A stretch of DNA of 64,000 bases from positions 1,856,001 to 1,920,000 of the forward strand of contig OY759746.1 in NCBI GenBank assembly GCA_963662795.1, given 5' to 3'. The position numbers were made by a program, and so were the translations under genes. Within the stretch, counting starts at the first letter, position 1, and every line of letters starts with the position of its first letter. Below are positions 29,415-39,204 of the stretch, piece after piece. Origin of the DNA: Spirochaetia bacterium. Lineage in GTDB: Bacteria; Spirochaetota; Spirochaetia; CADAEX01. The notes below the pieces were generated by a model that did no database searches, was not told the origin of the DNA, and saw only the letters and a list, made by a program, of their open reading frames with translations.

Positions 29415-30128
29415 ATGAAAATATTAACATGGAATTGTAATATGGCATTTCGAAGAAAATATGAAATCTTAAAAGATTTTCAACCGGATATTGCTGTAAT
29501 ACAAGAATGTGAAAACAGCAGTGTCTTAGAAAAGTTTAAAAATGAAATAAATTATTCAGATATATTATGGTATGGTCATAATAAAAATAAAGGCTTATGT
29601 ATCCTGACTTTTGATAAATACTACATAAAAGATATAATTCAAAAAGAAGATTTCAAGTATGTCCTTCCTGTTAAAATTGGTAATGATATATTTTCGATGA
29701 AATTAATAGCTGTATGGACACAATTTGTAAATAAAAATATTTATGAAAGCTATGTTGTTCAGGCTACAAGAGCATTTCAATATTACAGAAAAGCATTGGA
29801 GCAGGAAGATATTTTTATAATAGGAGATTTTAACAGTAATTCGATCTGGGATAATGAATCTCCAAAAGAATACACACATTCACAAATGGTAGATTTGCTG
29901 AAACAAGAAAAAATTGAAAGTATTTATCATTTTTTAAAAAAAGAAAAACACGGAAAAGAAACAATTCCTACATTATTTTTTCAGAAGAATATAAATAAAA
30001 CATATCATATCGATTATTGTTTTTGTAAAATATCGAGAATGAATAAAATTAGAGATTTCAGAATTGGAGAATATGACAAATATATCACCAAAAGTGATCA
30101 TATGCCTCTGTTTATTGAAATAGAATAG
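29415..30128 (+). CDS. Endonuclease/exonuclease/phosphatase (EEP) family protein
   Basis: LTWNC, IQEC, IGDFNS, HIDYCF, SDHMP. Confidence 0.9.
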   Translation: MKILTWNCNMAFRRKYEILKDFQPDIAVIQECENSSVLEKFKNEINYSDILWYGHNKNKGLCILTFDKYYIKDIIQKEDFKYVLPVKIGNDIFSMKLIAVWTQFVNKNIYESYVVQATRAFQYYRKALEQEDIFIIGDFNSNSIWDNESPKEYTHSQMVDLLKQEKIESIYHFLKKEKHGKETIPTLFFQKNINKTYHIDYCFCKISRMNKIRDFRIGEYDKYITKSDHMPLFIEIE

Positions 30129-30133
30129 AAATA

Positions 30134-30166
30134 TTGACAATTCTCACGAAGTACAATATATTGTAC
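30134..30166 (+). promoter_or_regulatory. yefM-yoeB promoter/operator
   Basis: TTGACA-17 bp-TATATT; palindrome GTACAATATATTGTAC. Confidence 0.7.
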
Positions 30167-30182
30167 AATAAGGAGAAAGGAA

Positions 30183-30440
30183 ATGGATGCTGTAACATAT
30201 TCGGATTTAAGACAAAATCTGAAATCTTATTTAGACAGAGTTTACCATGATCATGATCCGATGATTATAACAAGAAAAAATAATGAAAATCTTGTTTTAC
30301 TTTCAATTGCAGAATATAACAGTCTGATTGAAACAAGTTACTTATTAAGCAATGAGGCTAATGCAATGCACCTTAAAAAATCAATAGAGCAGCTTAATGC
30401 CGGAAAGGTTGAAGAAAAGGAATTACTGGCAGATGAATAA
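30183..30440 (+). CDS. yefM: YefM antitoxin
   Basis: TYSDLRQNLK..ETSYLLSNEANAMHL. Confidence 0.9.
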   Translation: MDAVTYSDLRQNLKSYLDRVYHDHDPMIITRKNNENLVLLSIAEYNSLIETSYLLSNEANAMHLKKSIEQLNAGKVEEKELLADE

Positions 30441-30693
30441 ACTATTCACAGATGAGGCATGGAAAGACTATTTATATTGGTTTGAAAATGATAAGAAGCA
30501 ATTAAAAAAGATTAATGATCTTATAAAAGAGATTGAAAGGTCTCCATTTTCTGGAATAGGCAAGCCGGAATCATTAAAATTTAATCTAAAAGGATTTTGG
30601 TCAAGAAGAATAGATCATGAACATAGAATAGTGTATCAGGTAGAAGGATCTCAGCTTAGAATAATATCTTTAAGATATCATTACGAAAAATAA
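30433..30693 (+). CDS. yoeB: Txe/YoeB toxin
   Basis: AWKDYLYW..GIGKPESLK..WSRRIDHEHRIVY..RYHY. Confidence 0.9.
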   Translation: MNKLFTDEAWKDYLYWFENDKKQLKKINDLIKEIERSPFSGIGKPESLKFNLKGFWSRRIDHEHRIVYQVEGSQLRIISLRYHYEK

Positions 30694-30721
30694 TAAAGCA
30701 AATAATTAAAAAAAGGAAGAA

Positions 30722-30988
30722 GTCCGGCCTTGGCGTTGCCGTGCGGCCTGGACAAGAAGGGGACGTACTGCTGCTAACAGAGGATAATTCGCTACGCTCG
30801 GAGTACCTCGCTTGGCCTACGGCACACATCGTAGGTTTGATCTGCAATTTTTAAAAACAATAAGTTTTGGATAAAAAATATTGTAACTTTGAAATACTAG
30901 TTCTTTGGCTACGATGCGTCGCTTATCCTCAAGACGTTAGCAGCAATGCCCCCGCCAGGAGGAGAGCTGCGTGCCGTCCTGGCACGCA
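30722..30988 (+). repeat. Composite attC-like site 19
   Basis: AAC ends 30778; GTT at 30936; right hairpin TGCGTGCCGTCCTGGCACGCA. Confidence 0.85.
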
Positions 30989-31047
30989 AAGAAAAAAATA
31001 AGTGTTTGATATCTATTGAAAGTGTGAACATGTAAAAATCTTACTTT

Positions 31048-31420
31048 TTGAAAAAAGGTTTAAATTCAGTATTTCATAAATCCAAAATAATTGTAGAAAT
31101 TGAGGAAGAACGGGTTAAAATAGTTATAAAGCAAAAGAACAAGGCTAATTTAGAAAAGATGCTTAAGAACATAGATATTAATATTCTTCATGGCGAAATA
31201 GAAACAGAAAGCCCAGAGGGGAAAGAAATATGGTAAAGAAAGACTATGGTACAGAAAGAAAGGAAGGTTGTATCCATTAGAATTGAAGAAATAAAATAAG
31301 AAAATTGATGGAGTAATATTGTCAGAACAGTTTAAAATCTTTAATTAGAAAAAGAGTAAAACTTAGTTTATAGAAAAACCAAAAAGAAGAAGAAATAGAT
31401 AAAAAGTGTATTGATATGTG
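31048..31420 (+). pseudogene. Decayed mazEF pair
   Basis: LHGEIETESPEGKEIW and MVKKDY / KKIDGVILSEQFKSL fragments resemble 21447-22021, with deletions and stops. Confidence 0.7.
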
Positions 31421-31441
31421 AGTAGAAATCCCTGAATAAGA

Positions 31442-31691
31442 AATCAATCTGCCGTCCATGGCAGCTTGATTGAGGCGGGGGACACTGCAGCTAACAGCGA
31501 ATGGCCGGTTTCGACTGTTTCTAAGGAAACAGCCTCCACCCAAATTGCCGAAATAAATCATGGTAAGAATAATGTTATAGAGTATAAACTTTTAGAGTTA
31601 AAAACACCATCGGCAACTTCGGTCATTCGCGGGACGTTATCCACAATATCATCGCAAGAGAAAATCGCCCGGACCTCCGGCCAACGTGCGA
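31442..31691 (+). repeat. Composite attC-like site 20
   Basis: AAC ends 31495; GTT at 31636. Confidence 0.85.
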
Positions 31692-31704
31692 AGAAAATAA
31701 AATC

Positions 31705-31765
31705 TGCTGTATAATATATTTTATACATACCATATATAGTTTTCTAGTTATTTAATATATTAAAT
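31705..31765 (+). promoter_or_regulatory. Cassette-internal TATAAT box plus attI-like site (copy 2, crossover G>A)
   Basis: CTGTATAAT..TAGTTTTCTAGTTATTTAATATA|TT, with A at 31759 where the other copies have G. Confidence 0.65.
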
Positions 31766-31798
31766 GCGCAGAAATATTATCATGTGGTGAGGTGAAAA

Positions 31799-34774
31799 AT
31801 GATAGTAAGTAATGAAACTGGTGAAAATCAATATCCTAAAGGTTCCGAATGGCGTAAGTGGGATTTACATATTCATTCAAACGCATCAGATGGTAATATG
31901 ACATGTGAAGAAATTATTGAAGAAGCAAAAAGAAAAGATATATCAGTCATTGGTCTAACTGACCATCATACTTCAAAAAATATTGATATAATTAAAAAAA
32001 TAGCAAATGAAAATGAGATATGTGCAATTGGTGGCGTGGAATTTAGAACAGAATATGGTGAAAAATCTGTTCATTTAATTGGTTTATTTCCTAATAAATA
32101 TGAGCAATATGAAATGAATAGTAAAAATATAGAAGATTTAATACTTAATCCATTAGGTTTAACTGAGGTCAAAATTGTTGAAAAAGGAAAACAAAAAATA
32201 ATTGATGAAGGGAAAAAAAATACATCAAATGAAAAAGCATTTAAAGAGGGAATGTTTCTAGTACAGGTTGATTTTAAAAAGGCTGCAAATTTAATCCACA
32301 AATATGGTGGAATTGTGATTGTTCATGCAGGAACAAAAGAAAATAGTCTAGATAAAGAAGTTAAACATATTGGAAAACAAGGAGTTTCTATTGAAAACTG
32401 TTTAGGCTCATTAAAAACTGAACTATTTACAGAAGGATATATTGATATCTGTGAAATTAGAAAAGAAAATGATGATGAGTTATTCTATTTAAAAAAATTT
32501 GGAAAAGCTTCAATTGTAGCTTCTGATGCACATGAAATAAAAGAAATTGGTAGTAAATACTCGTGGATAAAAGGGGATCCAAGTTTTGATGGATTACGTT
32601 ATTTATTAAATGAACCAGAAACTAGAGTAAATTTATCTGAAAAACCAGAGTTGTTTGAACGTGTACTTCAAAATGAAACAAAATATATTGAAGGATTATC
32701 AATAAAATCTGAAGAATATTATGATAAAAGTAATGGAAAATGGTTTGATAATACAAAAATAGTATTTGGAAAAGAATTAACAGCAATAATAGGGAATAAG
32801 GGTAGTGGTAAAAGTGCTGTTACAGATATTATTGGATTATGTTCAAACAGTAAGCATAGTCAGTATTTTTCATTTTTAAGAAAAGATAGATTTTTAGAAA
32901 ATGGATATAGTGAAAATTATAAAGCAAAATTATATTGGGTAAGCAATATTAATAAGGATTGGAAAAGCTTAAGTCAAAAAGTTGATATAACAGAACCTGA
33001 TGAAGTTCAGTATTTGCCACAAGGGTATTTTGAAAAAATATGTAATGAAGTAGGAAATATAGATGAATTTAAAAAGGAAATAAATACTGTAGTTTTTCAG
33101 CATATACCCGAAGAAGACAAACACGGAATGAGTTCTTTTGATGATTTTATAGAATCTAAAAAAAAGTATATTCAAAAGATATTAATATCTAAAAAACAAA
33201 TATTAAATGAAATAAATATTGAAATAGTTAAATTGGAAGAAATGAGAAATCCAAAAACTAAATTGGAGATACTAAATAAAATAAAAAAGAAAGAAAATGA
33301 ATTAGAGGCATTGAAAAAACCAATTAAAGTAAATAAACCAAAAAAAAATACTGTAAATGAGTTAACTGATACTGCAGAAATGACAAAGTTAGCAAAGAAT
33401 ATTGAAAAATTAAAAGAACAACTTGAAGATATCAGAGATAGAATAAAAATAAATAATGATAAACATGAATTATTAAAACAATTTAAAAGGGAGGTCGAGG
33501 AAAAACAGGAAGATATCGATCATTTTATTAAATCTTATGAAAATAAATTCAAATTAATTAAAGAAATTAAAGTTAAAGAAATAATTAAATATGAAATAAA
33601 TGAAGAACCAATTATAAAGTTATTAGCAGAAATAAGGAAAAATATAGATTTAGACAAGAAATATATAAATGAAGAAAGTATAAAAGATAAAAATGAAAAA
33701 GAGATTAGTCTGGTTGTTAAATTAAAAGATAATGAGAAAAAATATTCAAAGTTACGATTAAAGTTAGATGAACCAAGCCGAAAATATGAAGACTATAAAA
33801 ATGCATTAAAAATATGGGAAGAAAAAAGTAAAAGAATACTAGGAAGTGTTAAAATACCAGATACATTAAATTATTATAAAGATAAAATAAATTATATAGA
33901 AAATATATTAGAAAAGGATATTGAAAAAAAGAGACAAAAACGAATAGAAATAGTAAAGGAAATATATAATGTAAAATGTGAAATAATTGATATATATTTA
34001 GAAATAAAAAAGTATATTGACAGAGTAATAAAAAGCAATCAAGACCATCTTGGTGATTATAATATTAATATAATATCTGAATTCATTTTACAGAATAGTA
34101 CCATAAAAAATATAATAAATTATATTAGTAAAAATGTTGTTGGAACTTATTATGGAATAGAATCTGCGGAAAATAAAATTAATACTTTATTCTCTACAAC
34201 TGATATAAATAATATTGATAGTATTATAAATTGTTTAAATAAAATAATAAAATCATTGGAAAGAGATGAAAGAAACGATTCTATGGAAATACGATATATT
34301 AATGATCAAATAATAAACTCACTTGAATTCTATAATTATATTTTTTCATTAGATTATTTAGATGAAAATTATGAATTAAAACTAGGAGAAAAAAAATTAG
34401 AAAAATTATCACCTGGAGAAAAGGGGGCTCTTTTAATAGTATTTTATTTATTATTGGATAAAAGTGAAAAACCATTAATATTAGATCAACCTGAAGATAA
34501 TCTTGATAATGAAAGTGTTTCAACGATACTTGTTCCATTTATAAAAGAAGCAAAAAAGCGAAGACAAATAATTATGGTTACTCATAACCCCAATTTGGCA
34601 GTATATGCAGATGCTGAGCAAGTAATACGAGTTTTTATTAATAAAGATATAGAAAATGAATTTAGTCATTCATCTGGCGGAATTGAAAATGAATATATTA
34701 AAGATCATATTATAAATGTTCTTGAAGGAACAATGCCGGCCTTTAGTAATAGAAGTAAAAAATATTCTAAATAA
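31799..34774 (+). CDS. PHP phosphoesterase fused to SMC/ABC-type ATPase (TrlF/Ppl-like)
   Basis: WDLHIHS, TDHH, SDAH; GNKGSGKS; LSPGE; LDQPEDNLD; VTHNPN. Confidence 0.85.
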   Translation: MIVSNETGENQYPKGSEWRKWDLHIHSNASDGNMTCEEIIEEAKRKDISVIGLTDHHTSKNIDIIKKIANENEICAIGGVEFRTEYGEKSVHLIGLFPNKYEQYEMNSKNIEDLILNPLGLTEVKIVEKGKQKIIDEGKKNTSNEKAFKEGMFLVQVDFKKAANLIHKYGGIVIVHAGTKENSLDKEVKHIGKQGVSIENCLGSLKTELFTEGYIDICEIRKENDDELFYLKKFGKASIVASDAHEIKEIGSKYSWIKGDPSFDGLRYLLNEPETRVNLSEKPELFERVLQNETKYIEGLSIKSEEYYDKSNGKWFDNTKIVFGKELTAIIGNKGSGKSAVTDIIGLCSNSKHSQYFSFLRKDRFLENGYSENYKAKLYWVSNINKDWKSLSQKVDITEPDEVQYLPQGYFEKICNEVGNIDEFKKEINTVVFQHIPEEDKHGMSSFDDFIESKKKYIQKILISKKQILNEINIEIVKLEEMRNPKTKLEILNKIKKKENELEALKKPIKVNKPKKNTVNELTDTAEMTKLAKNIEKLKEQLEDIRDRIKINNDKHELLKQFKREVEEKQEDIDHFIKSYENKFKLIKEIKVKEIIKYEINEEPIIKLLAEIRKNIDLDKKYINEESIKDKNEKEISLVVKLKDNEKKYSKLRLKLDEPSRKYEDYKNALKIWEEKSKRILGSVKIPDTLNYYKDKINYIENILEKDIEKKRQKRIEIVKEIYNVKCEIIDIYLEIKKYIDRVIKSNQDHLGDYNINIISEFILQNSTIKNIINYISKNVVGTYYGIESAENKINTLFSTTDINNIDSIINCLNKIIKSLERDERNDSMEIRYINDQIINSLEFYNYIFSLDYLDENYELKLGEKKLEKLSPGEKGALLIVFYLLLDKSEKPLILDQPEDNLDNESVSTILVPFIKEAKKRRQIIMVTHNPNLAVYADAEQVIRVFINKDIENEFSHSSGGIENEYIKDHIINVLEGTMPAFSNRSKKYSK

Positions 34775-34956
34775 AATGATACTGAAATTAATAAAGTATA
34801 AATTATTAAAAATATATTATGAATAGCATACGTATGTTACCTTCTGCTAAAACTTTTCGTGATACAATTTGAGCAAGGTAAAAATTGAAAATATTTTAGG
34901 GAATGCGGCGTTGTATCTGATACATGTGTTATAAAAAGAAAAATAGAAACGGGGGA

Positions 34957-35191
34957 AGTCCGGCCTTGGCGTTGCCGTGCGGCCCTGGACAAGAAGCGAT
35001 GATACTGGTGGATAACAGAGGATAAAGCGCTTCACTCGGGGTACCTCGCTTGGGCTTCGCCACACATCGTAGGGTTTGAATTACAACTTCTAAAAAAAAC
35101 AAGTCTAGAGGGAAATAATACAGCTTTTTAACTTTCATAGTTATTTACGATGCGTCGCTTATCCTCAGGACGTTATGCGAAAGGCTGGCCG
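34957..35191 (+). repeat. Composite attC-like site 21
   Basis: AAC ends 35016; GTT at 35172. Confidence 0.85.
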
Positions 35192-35655
35192 AAGAGGAAT
35201 AGGCTGGGGGCGGGGGAGAGGAAGACGCCGCCGTACATCGTGTGCGCCGAAGAAAAATTAATAAACTGTGATTTTTATAATCTGTAAGAGTGTTTGTATA
35301 AATTACCATTATAAAAGCAGAAAAAATGAAAATATAATTTTATTTTAGCAGTTCCTTCCGTTTCATTTGATTATGGCTTGGTTAATAAACAAAAAAAAAT
35401 AAATCGCATAAAATGTAATATATTTTTGTAAGTGAAAATTATTTGGGATAAAGGTGAAAATAAAACTCTTAAGCTTGAAAGATATATTTCTTTCAAGATA
35501 TTTGTGGATTTGATTCTGGGGCTAGTTATAAAGTTAATTTGCAAAATATTAACCTTGGAATATAGCTGATTATGATAATTTTCACCGTCTCACACTTCCA
35601 TGTGTTCGACGAAGACCGCCCCAGCCAAGAAGAGCCGGCCAGCCCATCGCATAAC
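35172..35655 (+). other. ORF-less cassette
   Basis: Ends GTTATGCGAAAGGCTGGCCG / CGGCCAGCCCATCGCATAAC; AT-rich interior with no credible ORF. Confidence 0.7.
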
Positions 35656-35851
35656 AGCGAATGGCCGGTTCCGGCTGTTTCTAAGGAAACAGCCTCCACC
35701 CAAATTGCCGAAGTAATACATGTTAAGAATAATGGAATAGAGTATAAACTTTTGGAGTGAAAAACACCATCGGCAACTTCGGTCATTCGCGAGACGTTAT
35801 ATGCAATACGACCCCAAGAGGACGCCGCCCGGACCTCCGGCCCACGGGCGA
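35586..35851 (+). repeat. Composite attC-like site 22
   Basis: AAC ends 35655; GTT at 35796. Confidence 0.8.
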
Positions 35852-35864
35852 AGAAAATGGTATC

Positions 35865-35925
35865 TGCTGTATAATATACTTTATACATAAGATATATAGT
35901 TTTCTAGTTATTTAATATGTTATGA
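35865..35925 (+). promoter_or_regulatory. Cassette-internal TATAAT box plus attI-like site (copy 3)
   Basis: Near-identical to 22310-22370; crossover G35919. Confidence 0.7.
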
Positions 35926-35990
35926 GTCTAAGACGCGTCGATAGTTTTTTATATGAAGCAATTAAATTGATCTAAGGAGGGTCTGAAAAT

Positions 35991-37259
35991 ATGTATTTCA
36001 AAGCGGGAACTAGGAATATTGTTTTTGTGGTTGCATTTGTTCTATTGGCAGGCTGTACCACTATTGATACGAAGCCATTCGAACAGTTTAACTCCTCGTT
36101 AACAGAGTTAAATAAAGGGGCAACATCATCGCTTGATGTGACCATTCCTTTAGCGGAAGGGCGTTACCGGAAAGAAGTCGAGAGTGAATTAAAGCAAGGG
36201 AATGACGAGTTGTTACAGGAGCTTTATATACTGGCTAAAGCAGAGAATCCATTTTTCATATCTAAGCCACCAGTATTTTTAAAGGCGAAAAAATTTAAAT
36301 TAGGAATTTCGAAAGCCAACCTAGTTTGGTTGGAATACTCTAATCTTTTGTTACAACTTTCATCGAAAGATCTTGTCGATGATGAAAAGTTTTTGAAGCT
36401 ATCAGAAGAACTTAATAAAAATGCGTTCGACGCGGTTCAGTCGCTCAAAGATGAACCCAGCGATACATCTGCAAAAAATACGGCACTTTTTTCAGAGATA
36501 GCTATTGCAATGGCGAAAGAGTACATAAGAACAAAGCAGAAGAAAAAGCTTATGGAGTCTCTCGCTAACAATCAAGACAGCATTAGTGCCTATGTAGAGC
36601 ATATGCAAAGTGCGATAGTAACAATGGCGCAAAGCAGTACTCAGGAACACTCAGAAAAGCAGGAAAATTTAGCTAGAGATCTTTTAGGTTTGGTGGTTAG
36701 TAACGAAAACGGTAAGAACGATGCAAAAATACAAAAAATTATCGGGGATATGATTGATATCAAAACTACACATTCAGACCAAATGGTGTCTCTCCAGGCG
36801 TTGCATACAGCATATGGAAAAATACCTGGTGCCCATGAAGCGTTGGCAACGCGGTTGGCTAAATCAGATTCATCTATAGCTGCCATTAATGACCTGTTAG
36901 AAAAAGGAGTTCAGCTTCATACTTCTTACGAAGCGAAGGTAAAAGTTAATAAAGTAGAATTGGTGCAAGCTAAAGCAGATGCAGCGAGTAGTGAAGCTAC
37001 AACAGCTGAAATCACATATCAGCAAGCCAAGCTAAAATACACGCAAGCCCAATTTGAATATACCTTGGCACAAAATACTTCAGATGCAGATCCCGATAAC
37101 GAAATCAAAAAGAAAGATGCTGAAGATAAAAAGAAAATAGCTGAAGAGCTTAAATTAGAGGCTGATGGTCTAAAAAAATCTTCCGAAGCCCTAAGAGCGG
37201 CTGCGACGGCTATACAAGAAAGTGCTAACGAAATCAAAAACAGTATTATCAACAATTAA
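35991..37259 (+). CDS. Alpha-helical/coiled-coil lipoprotein
   Basis: Signal peptide with LAGC lipobox; GGAGG RBS; visibly more GC-rich than its neighbours. Confidence 0.7.
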   Translation: MYFKAGTRNIVFVVAFVLLAGCTTIDTKPFEQFNSSLTELNKGATSSLDVTIPLAEGRYRKEVESELKQGNDELLQELYILAKAENPFFISKPPVFLKAKKFKLGISKANLVWLEYSNLLLQLSSKDLVDDEKFLKLSEELNKNAFDAVQSLKDEPSDTSAKNTALFSEIAIAMAKEYIRTKQKKKLMESLANNQDSISAYVEHMQSAIVTMAQSSTQEHSEKQENLARDLLGLVVSNENGKNDAKIQKIIGDMIDIKTTHSDQMVSLQALHTAYGKIPGAHEALATRLAKSDSSIAAINDLLEKGVQLHTSYEAKVKVNKVELVQAKADAASSEATTAEITYQQAKLKYTQAQFEYTLAQNTSDADPDNEIKKKDAEDKKKIAEELKLEADGLKKSSEALRAAATAIQESANEIKNSIINN

Positions 37260-37270
37260 GGAGCTAAGAG

Positions 37271-37621
37271 ATGCCTATTTCCATGACAAAAAAACAAGAA
37301 ATAATACAGCAATTATTGGTTTTAAAAACAAAAGCGTATCAAGCGGAAGTTAAATTGTTGTTAAAACAAAAGCCTAACGAGGCCAACGATGTAAAGAATC
37401 ATGGTAAAGAGCTGTCCAGAAAGATTGATAACTTAATAGCAGAAACAATGAGTGACTGGATAGGAAATGCCGACAAACTTATTAGTGATGTAAAGTTGAT
37501 TAACAAAAAAGTACAACGTTCTATTAATGATATAAATAACAATGCAAATGTAGCTGGAAACGTTGTTAAGTTAGTCGGTTTCATTGATGAGGTAGTTGAA
37601 ATTGTTGACGGGATTACTTAA
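37271..37621 (+). CDS. Small helical hypothetical protein
   Basis: AAGGAG RBS; same nested cassette as the lipoprotein. Confidence 0.65.
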   Translation: MPISMTKKQEIIQQLLVLKTKAYQAEVKLLLKQKPNEANDVKNHGKELSRKIDNLIAETMSDWIGNADKLISDVKLINKKVQRSINDINNNANVAGNVVKLVGFIDEVVEIVDGIT

Positions 37622-37628
37622 TTACGAC

Positions 37629-37761
37629 TCATAACATGTCGCTCGAGTAGTCCGCGCGGCATGCTATCACCAGCCGAGATTTTTGCTAGCTGCATCTTGC
37701 TTTTCATTAGAATATTAATCTTTTCAGCAGCACCACGCGGCAACTCAGCTCTGCGTTATGT
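37629..37761 (+). repeat. Canonical (foreign-type) attC nested in wrapper
   Basis: GACTCATAAC complements cassette start GTTATGAGTC (35919); ends AACTCAGCTCTGCG|TTATGT. Confidence 0.8.
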
Positions 37762-37826
37762 TTATCAAAATTAGATAAATTGAGAGTGTTAGTTGAAATG
37801 GGTAAAAAGTAGTAGAAGGAAAAGTT

Positions 37827-39032
37827 ATGGGATGTAATCATGAAGAAATTGAATTATTAAATCCTTATGAGATAGTATGGAAGTATAGGTGTAAAAAATG
37901 TAAAGAAGTATTTATGTGTAGCTGTGAAGAAGATGTTGCAAGGTTTTATGTACCACATCAATTAGATAAAGGATGTAACTTAGAAACCCAAGAGCGAATT
38001 CCTGTTACATTGGGGTTTGTAGATAATATTTGCGATTCTTGTAGGGGGAATAAAAAGAAGCCTTTTCCCAAAGCGCCAATGATGGGTGCAACCAGCAAAA
38101 TACGAAGATATTATTGGAAAGAGATTTTATATATAAAAATAAGAAAAACTATTGAATTCGCTAAGAATAATAATTGTGATTCGTATGATGCTGTATTAAA
38201 AAAATATCCTGAGAAAATAGAACAATTTGAAAATGAGGCACTAAATGAAATAAAGGAATTACATGCTAAACATCCATTATATGAATATGAAGATATTTCA
38301 CAACAGGAAATAATTGAAAAATACAATATTGATATGATAGAATTTGAAGCTAATTATATAAAATCAGAAGAAAAAAAAGTAATCATTGAATATAAAAATG
38401 AAAAATATAATGTTGAGGAATTTATTAGAAGGAAGTATGAAGAAAAAGGCTTTAAAACACTTATATTAGAAAGTATTCCTTTTCATGTTTTGTTTGCTAC
38501 AATATTTAATAATATTATTCAAAATATTGATGATGAAAAAGTTAGACGTACAAGTTTTGGCGATCGAGAATATAGAGGAATAATGATAAGTGCATTACTT
38601 CCTTCTGACTTTGGGACGTCAGGGTATTACAAAAGAAAAAGAGAAATAATTGATAACTTTTTGAAGAAATTCACATCAAAAGAATTATTAATTGAAGAAT
38701 TTACTCAAAATTTAAATAATCCCATTAGTGAGAATTTAAGACAATATTTATGGGCAATAGATATTGAAAAAATAGAAATAGCCAGAAAACTTCTTGATAT
38801 CATAGATCATAATATCATGAAAAATATTTTACTTTATTTAATAAAGGATTACTGGAAGAATTATTGTGGATGGCCGGATTTGATTTGTTATACAGATGAA
38901 AAAGTATTATTTGTTGAAGTTAAATCAAGTACTGATAAACTAAGTGAAGATCAAAAAAACTGGATTGAGGGAAATTATAAAGAATTATCTATAGATTTTG
39001 AGATAGCGAAAGTTATAAGATTGAAAACATAA
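37827..39032 (+). CDS. VRR-NUC domain nuclease with Cys-rich N-terminus
   Basis: GWPDLI..FVEVKS..DKLSEDQKNW; CxH, CxxC, CxC, CxxC. Confidence 0.85.
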   Translation: MGCNHEEIELLNPYEIVWKYRCKKCKEVFMCSCEEDVARFYVPHQLDKGCNLETQERIPVTLGFVDNICDSCRGNKKKPFPKAPMMGATSKIRRYYWKEILYIKIRKTIEFAKNNNCDSYDAVLKKYPEKIEQFENEALNEIKELHAKHPLYEYEDISQQEIIEKYNIDMIEFEANYIKSEEKKVIIEYKNEKYNVEEFIRRKYEEKGFKTLILESIPFHVLFATIFNNIIQNIDDEKVRRTSFGDREYRGIMISALLPSDFGTSGYYKRKREIIDNFLKKFTSKELLIEEFTQNLNNPISENLRQYLWAIDIEKIEIARKLLDIIDHNIMKNILLYLIKDYWKNYCGWPDLICYTDEKVLFVEVKSSTDKLSEDQKNWIEGNYKELSIDFEIAKVIRLKT

Positions 39033-39180
39033 CAAGCAAATCGAGCAGTCCTGACTATTGTCACGGTTTCTGCTAAAGCCGTTCCGGCTCCCTGCGTGAT
39101 CACCCTCCGCCTGCACTCAGGAACAGCGTCAATGCCATCGGATGGCTTTGACTGTCAGGCAGCTCATCTGGTAGTTATAC
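39027..39180 (+). repeat. Canonical (foreign-type) attC nested in wrapper
   Basis: AAACATAAC (overlaps stop) complements GTTATGTTT (37755); CCTGAC/GTCAGG stem; ends G|TTATAC. Confidence 0.8.
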
Positions 39181-39204
39181 TGGAATATTTAGAAAAGAGG
39201 AAAA

